Source: Bdellovibrionales bacterium (lineage in GTDB: Bacteria; Bdellovibrionota; Bdellovibrionia; Bdellovibrionales; JAMPXM01). Taken from it: a DNA stretch of 40,867 nt. Positions 28,330 through 37,984 of the stretch are shown here, in pieces; position 1 is the stretch's first letter; every line of letters begins with the position of its first letter. The stretch spans positions 1-40,867 of the forward strand of contig JAYUEN010000270.1 in assembly GCA_043739185.1 (NCBI GenBank), given 5' to 3'. The position numbers and the translations under genes were made by a program. The notes under the pieces are model-generated. The model was given only the letters and a program-made list of their open reading frames with translations. It searched no databases and had not been told where the DNA came from.

Positions 28330-29187
28330 ATGTTTAGCGACTATTTCAAATTGAAATTGAATCCCTTTGGTGAGACACCAAATACGCGGTTCTTTTTCAA
28401 ATCGAAATCTCATGTCGATGCGATTTCTCAAATCTTAAATGCAATTAAAGGCGGGCACGGTTTTTCGACTATCACCGGAGAGGTCGGCGTTGGTAAAACC
28501 ATACTGTCTCGAATGCTCTTAAATTACCTTGGTAAGCATCTTCCTTCGGCCTTGATATTAAATCCAATAATGAATCAATTAGAGCTTTTAACCGCCATCC
28601 GCGAAGAGTTTAAAATTGAAGCGCCAACTGAAAAGACAGTGAAATCAGAATACGATCAAATCGCAAAATTTCTCATTGAAACCGCAATTAATAAAAAGAA
28701 ATCAGTCCTCATTGTAGATGAGGCGCAAAGGCTTAGCTTTGATGCCTTTGAAGCGGTGAGACTCTTAAGCAATCTTGAAACTGAAGATCAAAAATTAATG
28801 CATATCATTTTGGTCGGACAACCCGAGCTCAATATGAAGCTTGGTGAATTTGAACTGCGTCAGCTCAATCAAAGAATTAGTGTACGCGCCAAAATCTCAG
28901 CCCTAAATCAAGATGAAGTTGCAGCTTATATTAAGCATCGCATTGAAATTTCTGGTGGAGCAAATTTCGTTCGCTTTGAAACTTCAGCCTGCAAACTCAT
29001 TTTTGAACGAACTGGCGGGGTACCCAGACTTATCAATTTTCTTGTCGAAGAAGCACTTATAAAAGCTGAAGCTTCGCAAACAAGACTAATTGAGGACACT
29101 TTGATATTAGAAATTTCTCCAGCCAAAAAGCCAAAGTGGCGAATGATTTTTGAAAAATCGATTTGGAATAAAGGACCCTCATTATGA
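28330..29187 (+). CDS. ExeA/MshM-family AAA ATPase
   Basis: YFKLKLNPF, GEVGVGKT, IVDEAQ, LVGQPEL, QLNQRI and TGGVPRLIN. ATG follows AAGGAG. Confidence 0.92.
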   Translation: MFSDYFKLKLNPFGETPNTRFFFKSKSHVDAISQILNAIKGGHGFSTITGEVGVGKTILSRMLLNYLGKHLPSALILNPIMNQLELLTAIREEFKIEAPTEKTVKSEYDQIAKFLIETAINKKKSVLIVDEAQRLSFDAFEAVRLLSNLETEDQKLMHIILVGQPELNMKLGEFELRQLNQRISVRAKISALNQDEVAAYIKHRIEISGGANFVRFETSACKLIFERTGGVPRLINFLVEEALIKAEASQTRLIEDTLILEISPAKKPKWRMIFEKSIWNKGPSL

Positions 29188-29924
29188 GTCAAGTCCATGA
29201 TCGATTAAAAGAAATACCTTCGCCAACACAAGGGAGCCCTCCTGGGCCTGGGCTCAAGCTCGTGGGCCGAAGGCCTTCCGAGCCAAAACCTCCGACTACT
29301 AAAAGGCAGAAGGCATTTCTTTATGTTATCTGTGGGCTATGTGTTTTAGCAACTGCAGGCTTGCTTCTGCGAAAGCAGTTGTTAGCGGCGGTAAGTCCTC
29401 CACCACCAGTTGAAGTTCCTCCGACACTAGCTCAAAGCATAGAGGCTTTGACCATAGCAAATAAGTGGCCTGAGGCTCTACCACTATTAGAGAAGGCTCA
29501 AGAGAAAAACCCAAATGATGCAAATGTATTGGTATTGCTAGCTTTGGCAAAGAAGAAAGCTGCAGATAAAGATGCGGCAAAATCTTTGCTTGAAAAGGCA
29601 TTGAAAATAAATCCCGAAAACGAAGTGGCGCAAAATAACTATGCTTTGATTTTGGCTTCTCAAGGAGCATATGATCAAGCACAAAAGGCCTATGAGAAAG
29701 CTTTAAGCATTAGACCTATATATCCAGAAGCCCAAATGAATTTAGCAGTTACAAGTGAGGCCACCGAAAACTGGAAGCTTGCAATCTTAAGCTATGAGAA
29801 TTTTTTAAAACAAGATAAGACACATACCGATTTGCATAAGAAAATTAGTGTGCGAATCAGAAGGCTTCATAGTTTTAGTGTTAACTCTGTCAAAAAGCCC
29901 AGCCAAGACGGAGATAAATTATGA
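29184..29924 (+). CDS. Membrane-anchored TPR protein (MshN-like)
   Basis: One TM helix, a Pro-rich linker and about 4 TPR-like repeats; ATGA overlaps with both neighbours. Confidence 0.8.
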   Translation: MSQVHDRLKEIPSPTQGSPPGPGLKLVGRRPSEPKPPTTKRQKAFLYVICGLCVLATAGLLLRKQLLAAVSPPPPVEVPPTLAQSIEALTIANKWPEALPLLEKAQEKNPNDANVLVLLALAKKKAADKDAAKSLLEKALKINPENEVAQNNYALILASQGAYDQAQKAYEKALSIRPIYPEAQMNLAVTSEATENWKLAILSYENFLKQDKTHTDLHKKISVRIRRLHSFSVNSVKKPSQDGDKL

Positions 29925-30985
29925 AGTTCAATTGGCGCACAAAAACCAGTGTTGGCATTGACCTAGGTAATCGCACCGTAAAAGCCTTGCAGTTAAAAAA
30001 GAAGGCCGACAAGGTTATTTTAGATAAACATTTCTTTTATGATTTAGCTAACGCCAACCCTAGCTTTCCTGCGGTTTCAAATTTGGGTTCAACTCTTGCT
30101 GGTCTAGTTGAGGTGGCAGGCTTTAAAAATCTTGCGACCTCAAGTTGTATTGACGATAGCGAAGTGGTTCGCTTTGATTTGTCTTTTCCGAATATTCCAA
30201 AAAATGAAGTAGCAGAAGCGGTTAAGGGTGAAGTTGAGCAGCGCATTCATTTTCCGATTGATGAAGCAAGTATTGAATACAAGATTATTACGGACCCCGA
30301 AAAACCTACGGATGATGTCATCAATGTGAAAGCCTTTTGCACGCGACTTGCGAGTATAAAGTCTCAAATACAGTTGCTTGAAAAGGCAAGCCTTAGACCC
30401 GAGAGTATTGATATTGCGATGTTAGCCAATATTTCAACTCTAGCATTTAATTCATATCTAGAAGATGATTCATTTTCAGTGGTCATTGATTTAGGTGAAA
30501 CCAGAACCAGCATAGCACTTCTTCAAGGTCGAACACATTTACTAAGCAATATTATTCAAACTGCTTTTGGAACAATTAATCGTAGACTCGCTGAGAGCAT
30601 GTCGCTTAATTATATGCAGGCCGAAGAGATCAAGCTTCGCATTTCGCAGGCTCAAGGTGAAGAGCAGACCGAAGTTAGTAATATTATTGAGGCTGTCTAT
30701 CTCGATCTTTTTCGTCAATTGCAAAAATCAATGGAGTTTTTTAAAGCTTCGACCTCCGGAAAAAGCATTTCGCGAATTTATTTAATTGGTGGGGGCAGTA
30801 GGTTTACGTCGATTGCCACAACAATTAGTTCGATCTTTGAGCTTGAAACTATCTTGGTTAATCCTTTTCGCAATATCGAAATATTTGAAAAGGATAAGCA
30901 AAATACAGAGCAAATTGGACTGATCGCATCTCACTTAACAACCGTTGTAGGCCTTGCGCTACGGGGGCTCAATGTTGGTGTGTGA
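29921..30985 (+). CDS. pilM: PilM-like actin-fold assembly protein
   Basis: VGIDLG..VK, IDLG, IYLIGGGS, NPF and VGLALR. Confidence 0.9.
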   Translation: MKFNWRTKTSVGIDLGNRTVKALQLKKKADKVILDKHFFYDLANANPSFPAVSNLGSTLAGLVEVAGFKNLATSSCIDDSEVVRFDLSFPNIPKNEVAEAVKGEVEQRIHFPIDEASIEYKIITDPEKPTDDVINVKAFCTRLASIKSQIQLLEKASLRPESIDIAMLANISTLAFNSYLEDDSFSVVIDLGETRTSIALLQGRTHLLSNIIQTAFGTINRRLAESMSLNYMQAEEIKLRISQAQGEEQTEVSNIIEAVYLDLFRQLQKSMEFFKASTSGKSISRIYLIGGGSRFTSIATTISSIFELETILVNPFRNIEIFEKDKQNTEQIGLIASHLTTVVGLALRGLNVGV

Positions 30986-31562
30986 ACATGTTAATTTTAT
31001 TCCTAAAAATCTACGAAAAGGAAATGCGCTTCCTCTTCAAGAGCTGCTCATTACAAGCTGGGTCTTCGGGATTCTAATAATGTTAGGCCTTTCGGGAATG
31101 AAAATTCATGATGAGAAATCAATTAAGGTTCAAATTGAAGAAGCTGAAATTAAAGCTAAAAAAGTAAGTCAAAGTGCAGATGAAATTTCAAATAAAGCCA
31201 AGTTAGTAGAGGAATCAAATCGTCAAGTCGGAATGGCCAAAGATTTTTTAAAATCTCGTATGACCTGGACGGAAATTCTAAAAGAATTGTCACTGCTCAC
31301 CCCGCGTACTGTTTGGATTAGTAGTTTGTCGACCAAGATAGATGCCGAGAAGCAGCCAGTTCTGTCAATCGTGGGTGAAGCTGATTCGCAATCACAGGTG
31401 GCTAAGCTTTTAACAGCCCTAGAGTCTTCTTACTACTTTCATGATGTTTCGATAAAGAATTCAGAGAAAGTTCAAGAATTTACTCCAAATCTGTATCGTT
31501 TTGAATTTTTAGTTGCGATGGCGCAACTAAAAGAAAAGGTACCAATTGTCAAAGCCCAGTAA
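30972..31562 (+). CDS. pilN: PilN-like protein
   Basis: VNFIP motif, TM, coiled coil, W..IL..LS..P..VWISSL and LESSYYF. Start is ATG 30972 or GTG 30978. Confidence 0.85.
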   Translation: MLVCEHVNFIPKNLRKGNALPLQELLITSWVFGILIMLGLSGMKIHDEKSIKVQIEEAEIKAKKVSQSADEISNKAKLVEESNRQVGMAKDFLKSRMTWTEILKELSLLTPRTVWISSLSTKIDAEKQPVLSIVGEADSQSQVAKLLTALESSYYFHDVSIKNSEKVQEFTPNLYRFEFLVAMAQLKEKVPIVKAQ

Positions 31563-32100
31563 ACAATTATCACAGCGAGAATTAATAATGGGGTTTGCGA
31601 CCCTTCTCGTCGTATTATTTGGCTATTTGACCTATTGGTTTTCTCCTCATCAGCGCATCTATCAAGAAAGTAAACAGAAGCTTACCACCGCGCAAAATGA
31701 ACTTCAGCAGCGAAGTTCTTTGGTAGGAGAATTAACCCAGCGGCTGGCCGCCTCAGTTCAAGAAAATAGTACGGGTAAAAAAGAAAAAGACATTTTGCCG
31801 ACCGGTCGACGCCTGGGCGAAGTATTGCAACAAATTGTTGGGCAGGACTCGGCTCTTGTTACGAACGCAATTCAATTGGTAAAAACCGATAAGCAAAAAG
31901 AATTTCGTGATGTGCTTTTAAATCTTGAAATTGAAGGCTCATTTAAATCGATTGGTTCTTTTGTTGAGCGACTAGAAGGCTCAAAAGTACTTTCTGAAGT
32001 TTCTAAAATTGACGTTTCAAGAGCGAGTCCTGATCTTGAGAAATGTATAGCTAAAGTAAGCTTAAAAGTGCGTTTACTCGGGGTTGAAGATGCCGACTAA
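31546..32100 (+). CDS. PilO/GspM/MshJ-like protein
   Basis: LSQRE-TM, coiled coil and LEIEGSFKSIGSFVERLE. Confidence 0.82.
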   Translation: MSKPSKQLSQRELIMGFATLLVVLFGYLTYWFSPHQRIYQESKQKLTTAQNELQQRSSLVGELTQRLAASVQENSTGKKEKDILPTGRRLGEVLQQIVGQDSALVTNAIQLVKTDKQKEFRDVLLNLEIEGSFKSIGSFVERLEGSKVLSEVSKIDVSRASPDLEKCIAKVSLKVRLLGVEDAD

Positions 32101-32554
32101 TTCACTTCTCATTCTTGTTATGACTTTAAGCTTTGTACTGCTCGCTCATGGTCAAAAAGCTGAAGAGAAAGTAAAGAGCGAATTTGTGCCTATATCTGAT
32201 GTTGACTTCTCGCATTTAGAATCTCCGGCGCAATTTTTTTGGGGTATTGATCCGTTTTTTAAACATCCTGGCTTTTCTCAAATTGATGCCGAAGCGGCGT
32301 CACCGCTTGAGCGCATTGAGCTGCAAGCGATTATTTATGATAAGGAAGCACCAATGGCAATCGTAAATGGATTGAGCGTGAGTCAAGGGGATATGATCGA
32401 AGATTTTGTTATAGAAAGAATTGGTGTAAACTATTTGGTGGTGCGTGGCGAAGGAATGGTTGCCGAAGTAAAATTTGCAGCGCCAAAAAGCAATAAAACC
32501 ACCACTGAAAAAGAGTTTGAAAAAATGATTAGCGGCAAAAAGGAAATTAGATGA
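32090..32554 (+). CDS. MshK/PilP-position periplasmic protein
   Basis: Signal peptide, DPF, LQAIIY...AIVNG..V..GD.I; directly precedes the secretin. Confidence 0.7.
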   Translation: MPTNSLLILVMTLSFVLLAHGQKAEEKVKSEFVPISDVDFSHLESPAQFFWGIDPFFKHPGFSQIDAEAASPLERIELQAIIYDKEAPMAIVNGLSVSQGDMIEDFVIERIGVNYLVVRGEGMVAEVKFAAPKSNKTTTEKEFEKMISGKKEIR

Positions 32555-33996
32555 AATTAATTTGCATTATCCTAATTACTTTTAGTTTTAATAATTTTTG
32601 TTTTTCTGAAGATGAAGGGCGCGAGCCGGCGGCATTTTATGAAAAACATTTTACCTTTACCTTTAAAAATACTTCGCTTGAAAGTGCGCTTCATATAATT
32701 GCTGAAAAGTCGGGTCTTCATTTGAAGATGAATGCAAGCGTCAGCGGCCAAGTGAATTACTCCCTAAAAGACTCAACGCTTGAAGATGCAATGGAGAAGA
32801 TCACCGAACTCAATAATCTTGACTATAAAATTTCAGACGGTGTGCTCATTGTTAGGCGCATGGGTCGTGAAGTGCAGGCCAGTTCGTCGGAGGCGACTAC
32901 ATCTTTGGCTCCTCTGCGCGGCCCTGCAAGTGATTTGGATCTTACCTATCGATCAATTCCAATTCGCTTTGCAAGTGCGCATGAACTTGCTTTGACTCTT
33001 TTGAAAAATGTAAAAAACGGAGAGTCTTTAACTCCTGATGAGTCAAGTAATTCTCTTATCGTTTATAGTTCGGAAGATACTTTCCGGAAAATCCAAGATT
33101 TTGTAGCCCTAGTCGATAAGCGGCCTTTTCAAATATTAATTGAAGCCAAGATTGTTGAGACCTCTAAGAATTTTGCCCGTGATTTAGGAATTTCTTGGGG
33201 AGATCCGCAGGCCGCCGGCGGTACCGCTCCATCAGCAGGAATTTTAAATCCCGCGCCGGGAAATCCAAATTTTGTCTTTCGAAGTGTTTTAGGAAAACTC
33301 AACGACCGAACTCTTGAATTAAATCTGCAAGCCGCAGAAACTAGGGGCGACGCAAAGGTGATTTCAAGGCCTAAGGTATTTACTCTTAATAACAAAAAAG
33401 CAACTATTCATAGCGGAGTGACCTACAATATTCGTACCCTTACAAATATTGTAAGTTCAGGAAGCGCAAGCGGTGGTACTTCGGGAGGAAGCTCTTCTTC
33501 AAGTGTCTCAGGAGGATTAAAAGAAATCACCTCAGGTTTGCAATTAGACGTGACACCAACTGTAGTTGGTGAAGGACTGGTTCGATTGGCTATTAAGGTT
33601 TCAAATAGTGAGCCGGATTCGGGAAATGCTGTCGATGGCATTCCAGGTATAAATGATAATTCAGCAGATACTTCAATTCTGGTTAAAGGTGGCCAAACTG
33701 CAACAATTGGCGGGCTACTTAAAAACTCGGTTTCAAAAACCGAGCAAGGAGTTCCGTGGTTATCGAGTATTCCGGTATTGGGTTGGCTCTTTAAATCGCA
33801 AACAGATCGCGATACAACTTCGGAATTAGTGATTTTCATTACTCCTCATGTGGTCGATGCAGTAGGTGAGGAAAAAGCGGCGCTTAAGGAAATTGAAAAG
33901 TCAGAAGATAAAACTGAAAGAAAGCCGGCGGCAGAAAAAATACCAGAAAAAGTAACAGAAAAAGTAACAGAAAAACCTGCACCGAGAATAAATTGA
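32551..33996 (+). CDS. Secretin (PilQ/GspD/MshL family; compact, no AMIN domains)
   Basis: N0/STN and N3 domains, QILIEAKIVE, ISRPK, GLQLDVTP, VPWLSSIPVLGWLF and ELVIFITPHVV. Confidence 0.95.
   Translation: MKLICIILITFSFNNFCFSEDEGREPAAFYEKHFTFTFKNTSLESALHIIAEKSGLHLKMNASVSGQVNYSLKDSTLEDAMEKITELNNLDYKISDGVLIVRRMGREVQASSSEATTSLAPLRGPASDLDLTYRSIPIRFASAHELALTLLKNVKNGESLTPDESSNSLIVYSSEDTFRKIQDFVALVDKRPFQILIEAKIVETSKNFARDLGISWGDPQAAGGTAPSAGILNPAPGNPNFVFRSVLGKLNDRTLELNLQAAETRGDAKVISRPKVFTLNNKKATIHSGVTYNIRTLTNIVSSGSASGGTSGGSSSSSVSGGLKEITSGLQLDVTPTVVGEGLVRLAIKVSNSEPDSGNAVDGIPGINDNSADTSILVKGGQTATIGGLLKNSVSKTEQGVPWLSSIPVLGWLFKSQTDRDTTSELVIFITPHVVDAVGEEKAALKEIEKSEDKTERKPAAEKIPEKVTEKVTEKPAPRIN
33932..33975 (+). 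repeat. 12-bp tandem repeat (CAGAAAAAGTAA-like, ~3.7 copies) encoding AEKIPEKVTEKVTEK
   Basis: Units start at 33932, 33944, 33956 and 33968. Confidence 0.8.
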
Positions 33997-34018
33997 TTTA
34001 GGATTTTTGGAGGAATAA

Positions 34019-35764
34019 GTGGCGGCGTTACGATCATTAGATAAACTTCAAGCCAGACGCAGAATTGGCGATGTGCTCGTTGAAATGGGCTCAGTCACGA
34101 CAGCTCAAATTGATGAAGTAATGAAACTCTCTCAGCCCGGCGGGCCAAGGCTCGGTACACTTTTGGTAAAACAAGGCGTCATCACCCAAGCTCAACTGGC
34201 TGCAGGTTTGAGCGTGCAGTTTGATTTAGATTATCTTGATCTTGAAAATATTGTACCAACTACTGAAGCACTTGCTTGTTTACCAGAAAATATTGCCAAA
34301 GACCAAGTGGTGCTGCCAATTTCAATTGATAAAAATATTCTTACGCTGGCAGTTTATGATCCCTTGAACGTGATCAATATTCAAACCGTCTCAAGAATGA
34401 CAAAGTTTGAGTTGAATGTGAAAGTTTCCCAAGAGGATCAACTCAAAAAGGCAATTGAAACAGCATATGGTGGCAAAAGCGATCGCCTTGCCAATATGGT
34501 AAAAGAATTAACCAAAGATAGTAGTAAGCAAAAAGCCGCTACTCCGGCACAAAGTAGCAATCCGTCTGTGGTATTAACTGAAAAAAATACTGGCAGTGGC
34601 CCTTCAATTGAAGGTCTAGTGAATATGATTCTCAGTAAAGCGATTAGTGACGGCGCAAGTGACATACATATTGAGCCGGATGAAGCATTTTTGCGTGTTC
34701 GTCAGCGTATGGATGGTATTTTGCGAGAAGAGAGCACGATTCCTCTAGAGCTTGCACTGCCTCTCATTTCTCGTCTTAAAATTTTAGCTGGGCTTGATTT
34801 CGCTGAAAAACGCAATCCTCAAGATGGACGTTTTCGACTCAACATCAATCAGAGAAGTATTGATCTGCGGATTTCAACTCTGCCTACACTGCGCGGTGAA
34901 AAAGTCGTTTTACGTATATTAGATAAGGGTAATCTCAACGTAAAATTAGATGATGTTGGTTTTTCTCCAAATAATTTAGTTAAACTTAAGCAAGTTCTGG
35001 CAGCGCCATTTGGTATTATTTTTGTTACTGGCCCCACCGGAAGTGGTAAGTCGACCACGGTTTACTCCATGCTCAATCACTTAAATAGCATTGAGAAAAA
35101 TATCATAACTGTCGAAGATCCGGTCGAATATCAATTCAATTTAATTAATCAAGTGCAGGTTCAGCCCAAGATTGGGTTTACTTTTGCAAGTGTGCTAAGA
35201 AGCATATTGCGACAAGATCCCGATATTATAATGGTGGGAGAGATTCGTGACCGTGAAACCGCTGAGATTACCATTCGGGCTGCATTGACAGGGCATCTTG
35301 TTATCACCACACTGCATACAAATAATTCGGTCAGTACGATTATGCGACTCATCGATATGGGAATTGAACCAAGTCTGATTTCAAGTTCACTTTTAGGAAT
35401 TGTTTCTCAGCGCTTGGTGCGCAAGCTTTGTCCTCTATGTAAAAAACCTGGACCAATAGATGTGCTAGACCATTTGCAATTGGGTTCGAGCTCAATTAGT
35501 GATGAGGAACAAATTTTTCATCCTGTTGGATGTAAAAGCTGTCTAGGCTTAGGGATGAAGGGGCGAGCTCCAGTATTTGAAATTCTCATACCTGATGAAA
35601 CTATTCGGCGTGCCATTTTAACAAAACAATCGGAAGATCAGATTCGCAGTCATCTAGATCAAATTGAATTCACCAGTATGCGAGAAGACGGTGTGCAAAA
35701 AATTCTTTCAGGAGTTACAACACCTGCTGAAGTCATCAAGGCAACAGTGGCTGACGATTCTTAA
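34019..35764 (+). CDS. GspE/PilB/MshE extension ATPase with MshEN domain
   Basis: GTG start after GGAGG; tandem RIG/RLG MshEN motifs; ASDIHIEP, PQDGR, GPTGSGKST, RQDPD, TGHLV and a CxxC...CxxC Zn site. Confidence 0.95.
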   Translation: MAALRSLDKLQARRRIGDVLVEMGSVTTAQIDEVMKLSQPGGPRLGTLLVKQGVITQAQLAAGLSVQFDLDYLDLENIVPTTEALACLPENIAKDQVVLPISIDKNILTLAVYDPLNVINIQTVSRMTKFELNVKVSQEDQLKKAIETAYGGKSDRLANMVKELTKDSSKQKAATPAQSSNPSVVLTEKNTGSGPSIEGLVNMILSKAISDGASDIHIEPDEAFLRVRQRMDGILREESTIPLELALPLISRLKILAGLDFAEKRNPQDGRFRLNINQRSIDLRISTLPTLRGEKVVLRILDKGNLNVKLDDVGFSPNNLVKLKQVLAAPFGIIFVTGPTGSGKSTTVYSMLNHLNSIEKNIITVEDPVEYQFNLINQVQVQPKIGFTFASVLRSILRQDPDIIMVGEIRDRETAEITIRAALTGHLVITTLHTNNSVSTIMRLIDMGIEPSLISSSLLGIVSQRLVRKLCPLCKKPGPIDVLDHLQLGSSSISDEEQIFHPVGCKSCLGLGMKGRAPVFEILIPDETIRRAILTKQSEDQIRSHLDQIEFTSMREDGVQKILSGVTTPAEVIKATVADDS

Positions 35765-35913
35765 ATACTTATTTTTGAACAATTTGCCAATATAAATTGC
35801 TAGACGTTTGGCTAAAGCATTTCGTTTAGACAAAACTTTGTAAGCTAGTGGTTTACCAGAACAAAATTAAAATATACTATAAATTAAACAGCCTTTGAGT
35901 AAAAAAAATAGAT

Positions 35914-37950
35914 ATGAAATATATTATCGTTTTATCAAATGACTTACGAACCTCAAACCGCATTTCAACCTGCGCAAAAACACTCAATGAAGAAAATGAA
36001 GTTGAGCTTTTTTATAATCTCGATCTATTTGAAGACTTTTTAAAAACCGATACCCAAAAGTCTCTCGATCAAGAAGGCATTTCGAAACTCTCGGTTAGTG
36101 AAAAGCAAAAGCAAAGTCTGTTTCGTCAGGCCAATATTCGCGCCAAAGGCATCAATCTCATTATTGTAGATCGCGAAGTTTTAGGAAATGAAGAACCCGT
36201 CGCCTATATTAAAGCACTCAAAACACGACTCGCGACCACCTTATTTCATAAGACAGAATTTCCTACGAGATTTTTCTTACTTAGTTTTGAGGCCAGTACA
36301 GAAGCCATCGATAAGTTGGCAGATCAAGCTGTCGATGATCTTGTATTAAAGCCCATTGATGATCAGCTCTTTATGCAAAAACTAGCTATGGGGCTTACCG
36401 ATAAGCGCACCGTAGTCTCTCAATTCTTGTATAATCAAAGCGTTGAATCTCCCATTCAGATGGCTAAAACCACTAGCATTGTTGAAATATCTGAAACTGG
36501 CTTTGCAATTCGCAATAAGCAGGGTGGAAATATTGGGCGAGTGGTGCGGGTCTTTTCAAAAATTTTTGGTGAGCGCGCCGATTCAACAATTTTAGCTAGA
36601 ATATTTAATGTTGAAGACGATCCTAAGGTTCCCGGAGAGATCTTAGTTTATTATACCTTTTACGGCATAAGTCCTAAACAGCTTTCGAATATTCGAAAGC
36701 TCATTCAACTTAAATTTGGCAAGCCGCCACATCGGCCGGCAATCTCAGCTTCTGAAATTAAGATTTTTGAGAAAAATCGAAAAAATATTGCAGTTATTGC
36801 CTTTGACAATGCTTTGCGAGCTGAACTTGTGCAAACCTTAAAAACAAGTTTCATTAATGTTAGTATTCACGAATATCCCTCGCTGATTACTTTTGGCAAA
36901 AAAAATGGCATTAGGCAACTCGAGGGCTCGGGTGCAAAAGATGGAGTGCCAGAGGCCTCAGGTGCTCAGCCTGTGGCCTTCAATGCTGATCGTTATACTT
37001 TTCATATCAATTACTCAAATGAAATTGTCAGTATCCAGACGAAAAAAGTAAATCTATTTGAAGCGACCGATTTTCAACTCATTTCGCAACAAAAAAAATG
37101 GATGCAATATATTGATCCCGAAGACCTTGATGAGACTGTCGAATTTCTCACTTATATTAAGTCTCATGACAAGGGCAATATCTATGTTCGTTTAAGAGGT
37201 CCCTATTCAACATTGCATCTTATGAGTCTCGAAGCGGTTCGAATAAAAAATTCAACTCCTCCAAAAATCAAAGTTGAATTGATCGAATTAAAAGGAGCCG
37301 AAGGTCTTCAAAAGTGGCAAACAGTGCGGCCTAAAATTGATACCAAACAACCAAGATTGCAGTTTGATGCCATCGTAATTGATACCAGTAGTGTGACCGA
37401 AGAAATTCAAGAATGGTCCGAACGCTTAAAGGTTTTTTTAGAGACTACTAAAATTAGTGAAGATGCAAAAGAGATTCCGATTGTGGCTTTACTGCCAGAA
37501 GTTGCTGCTGCGAGGCTCGATGCCTTTAAGCAAACTTCATTGACCGATGTGATTACAACTCCACTTGATCGAAAATATTTAGTAGATAAGCTGAGTCTTT
37601 ATGTTGATGGATTATGCAATGAATTTGGCATGACCTTTCCGAAGTTTAAAGAATTTTCAGCCGATATTCATATCGCACAAACAGTTATTTTAGAAATGGC
37701 ATCTGAGTTTGGCATACAAATTCGCTACGCCAAACCGCTTCGTGAGGGAGTTTTCTTAAGATTTTATAGTCCACTTTTTCAGGACGAAAACTACGATGGA
37801 ATTCTCGCTCGCAGTTATGCTTCAATGGCAAGTGATCCGAATAATACCGATTTTCATAATATTTTTTGCTTTTATGGCATATCAGACTCTTTTATGAAAC
37901 ATATTCGAAAATGGATTCGAGAAACACATATTGCACGTAAAGATAATTAG
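35914..37950 (+). CDS. Hypothetical signalling protein with internally duplicated receiver-like and PilZ-like modules
   Basis: The two halves carry matching segments: DDLVLKPID/TDVITTPLD, EISETG/MASEFG, ILAR/ILAR and FYGIS...IRKLI/FYGIS...IRKWI. Confidence 0.65.
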   Translation: MKYIIVLSNDLRTSNRISTCAKTLNEENEVELFYNLDLFEDFLKTDTQKSLDQEGISKLSVSEKQKQSLFRQANIRAKGINLIIVDREVLGNEEPVAYIKALKTRLATTLFHKTEFPTRFFLLSFEASTEAIDKLADQAVDDLVLKPIDDQLFMQKLAMGLTDKRTVVSQFLYNQSVESPIQMAKTTSIVEISETGFAIRNKQGGNIGRVVRVFSKIFGERADSTILARIFNVEDDPKVPGEILVYYTFYGISPKQLSNIRKLIQLKFGKPPHRPAISASEIKIFEKNRKNIAVIAFDNALRAELVQTLKTSFINVSIHEYPSLITFGKKNGIRQLEGSGAKDGVPEASGAQPVAFNADRYTFHINYSNEIVSIQTKKVNLFEATDFQLISQQKKWMQYIDPEDLDETVEFLTYIKSHDKGNIYVRLRGPYSTLHLMSLEAVRIKNSTPPKIKVELIELKGAEGLQKWQTVRPKIDTKQPRLQFDAIVIDTSSVTEEIQEWSERLKVFLETTKISEDAKEIPIVALLPEVAAARLDAFKQTSLTDVITTPLDRKYLVDKLSLYVDGLCNEFGMTFPKFKEFSADIHIAQTVILEMASEFGIQIRYAKPLREGVFLRFYSPLFQDENYDGILARSYASMASDPNNTDFHNIFCFYGISDSFMKHIRKWIRETHIARKDN

Positions 37951-37984
37951 GTCATAACACTGATTCAAGGTTTAGATACATTGC

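Noticed and set aside
414..35352. Numerous short antisense or off-frame ORFs in the track (e.g. 735..1079, 23319..23663, 33423..33839)
   Set aside because: They lie within well-supported genes and show no motifs, so they are shadow ORFs.
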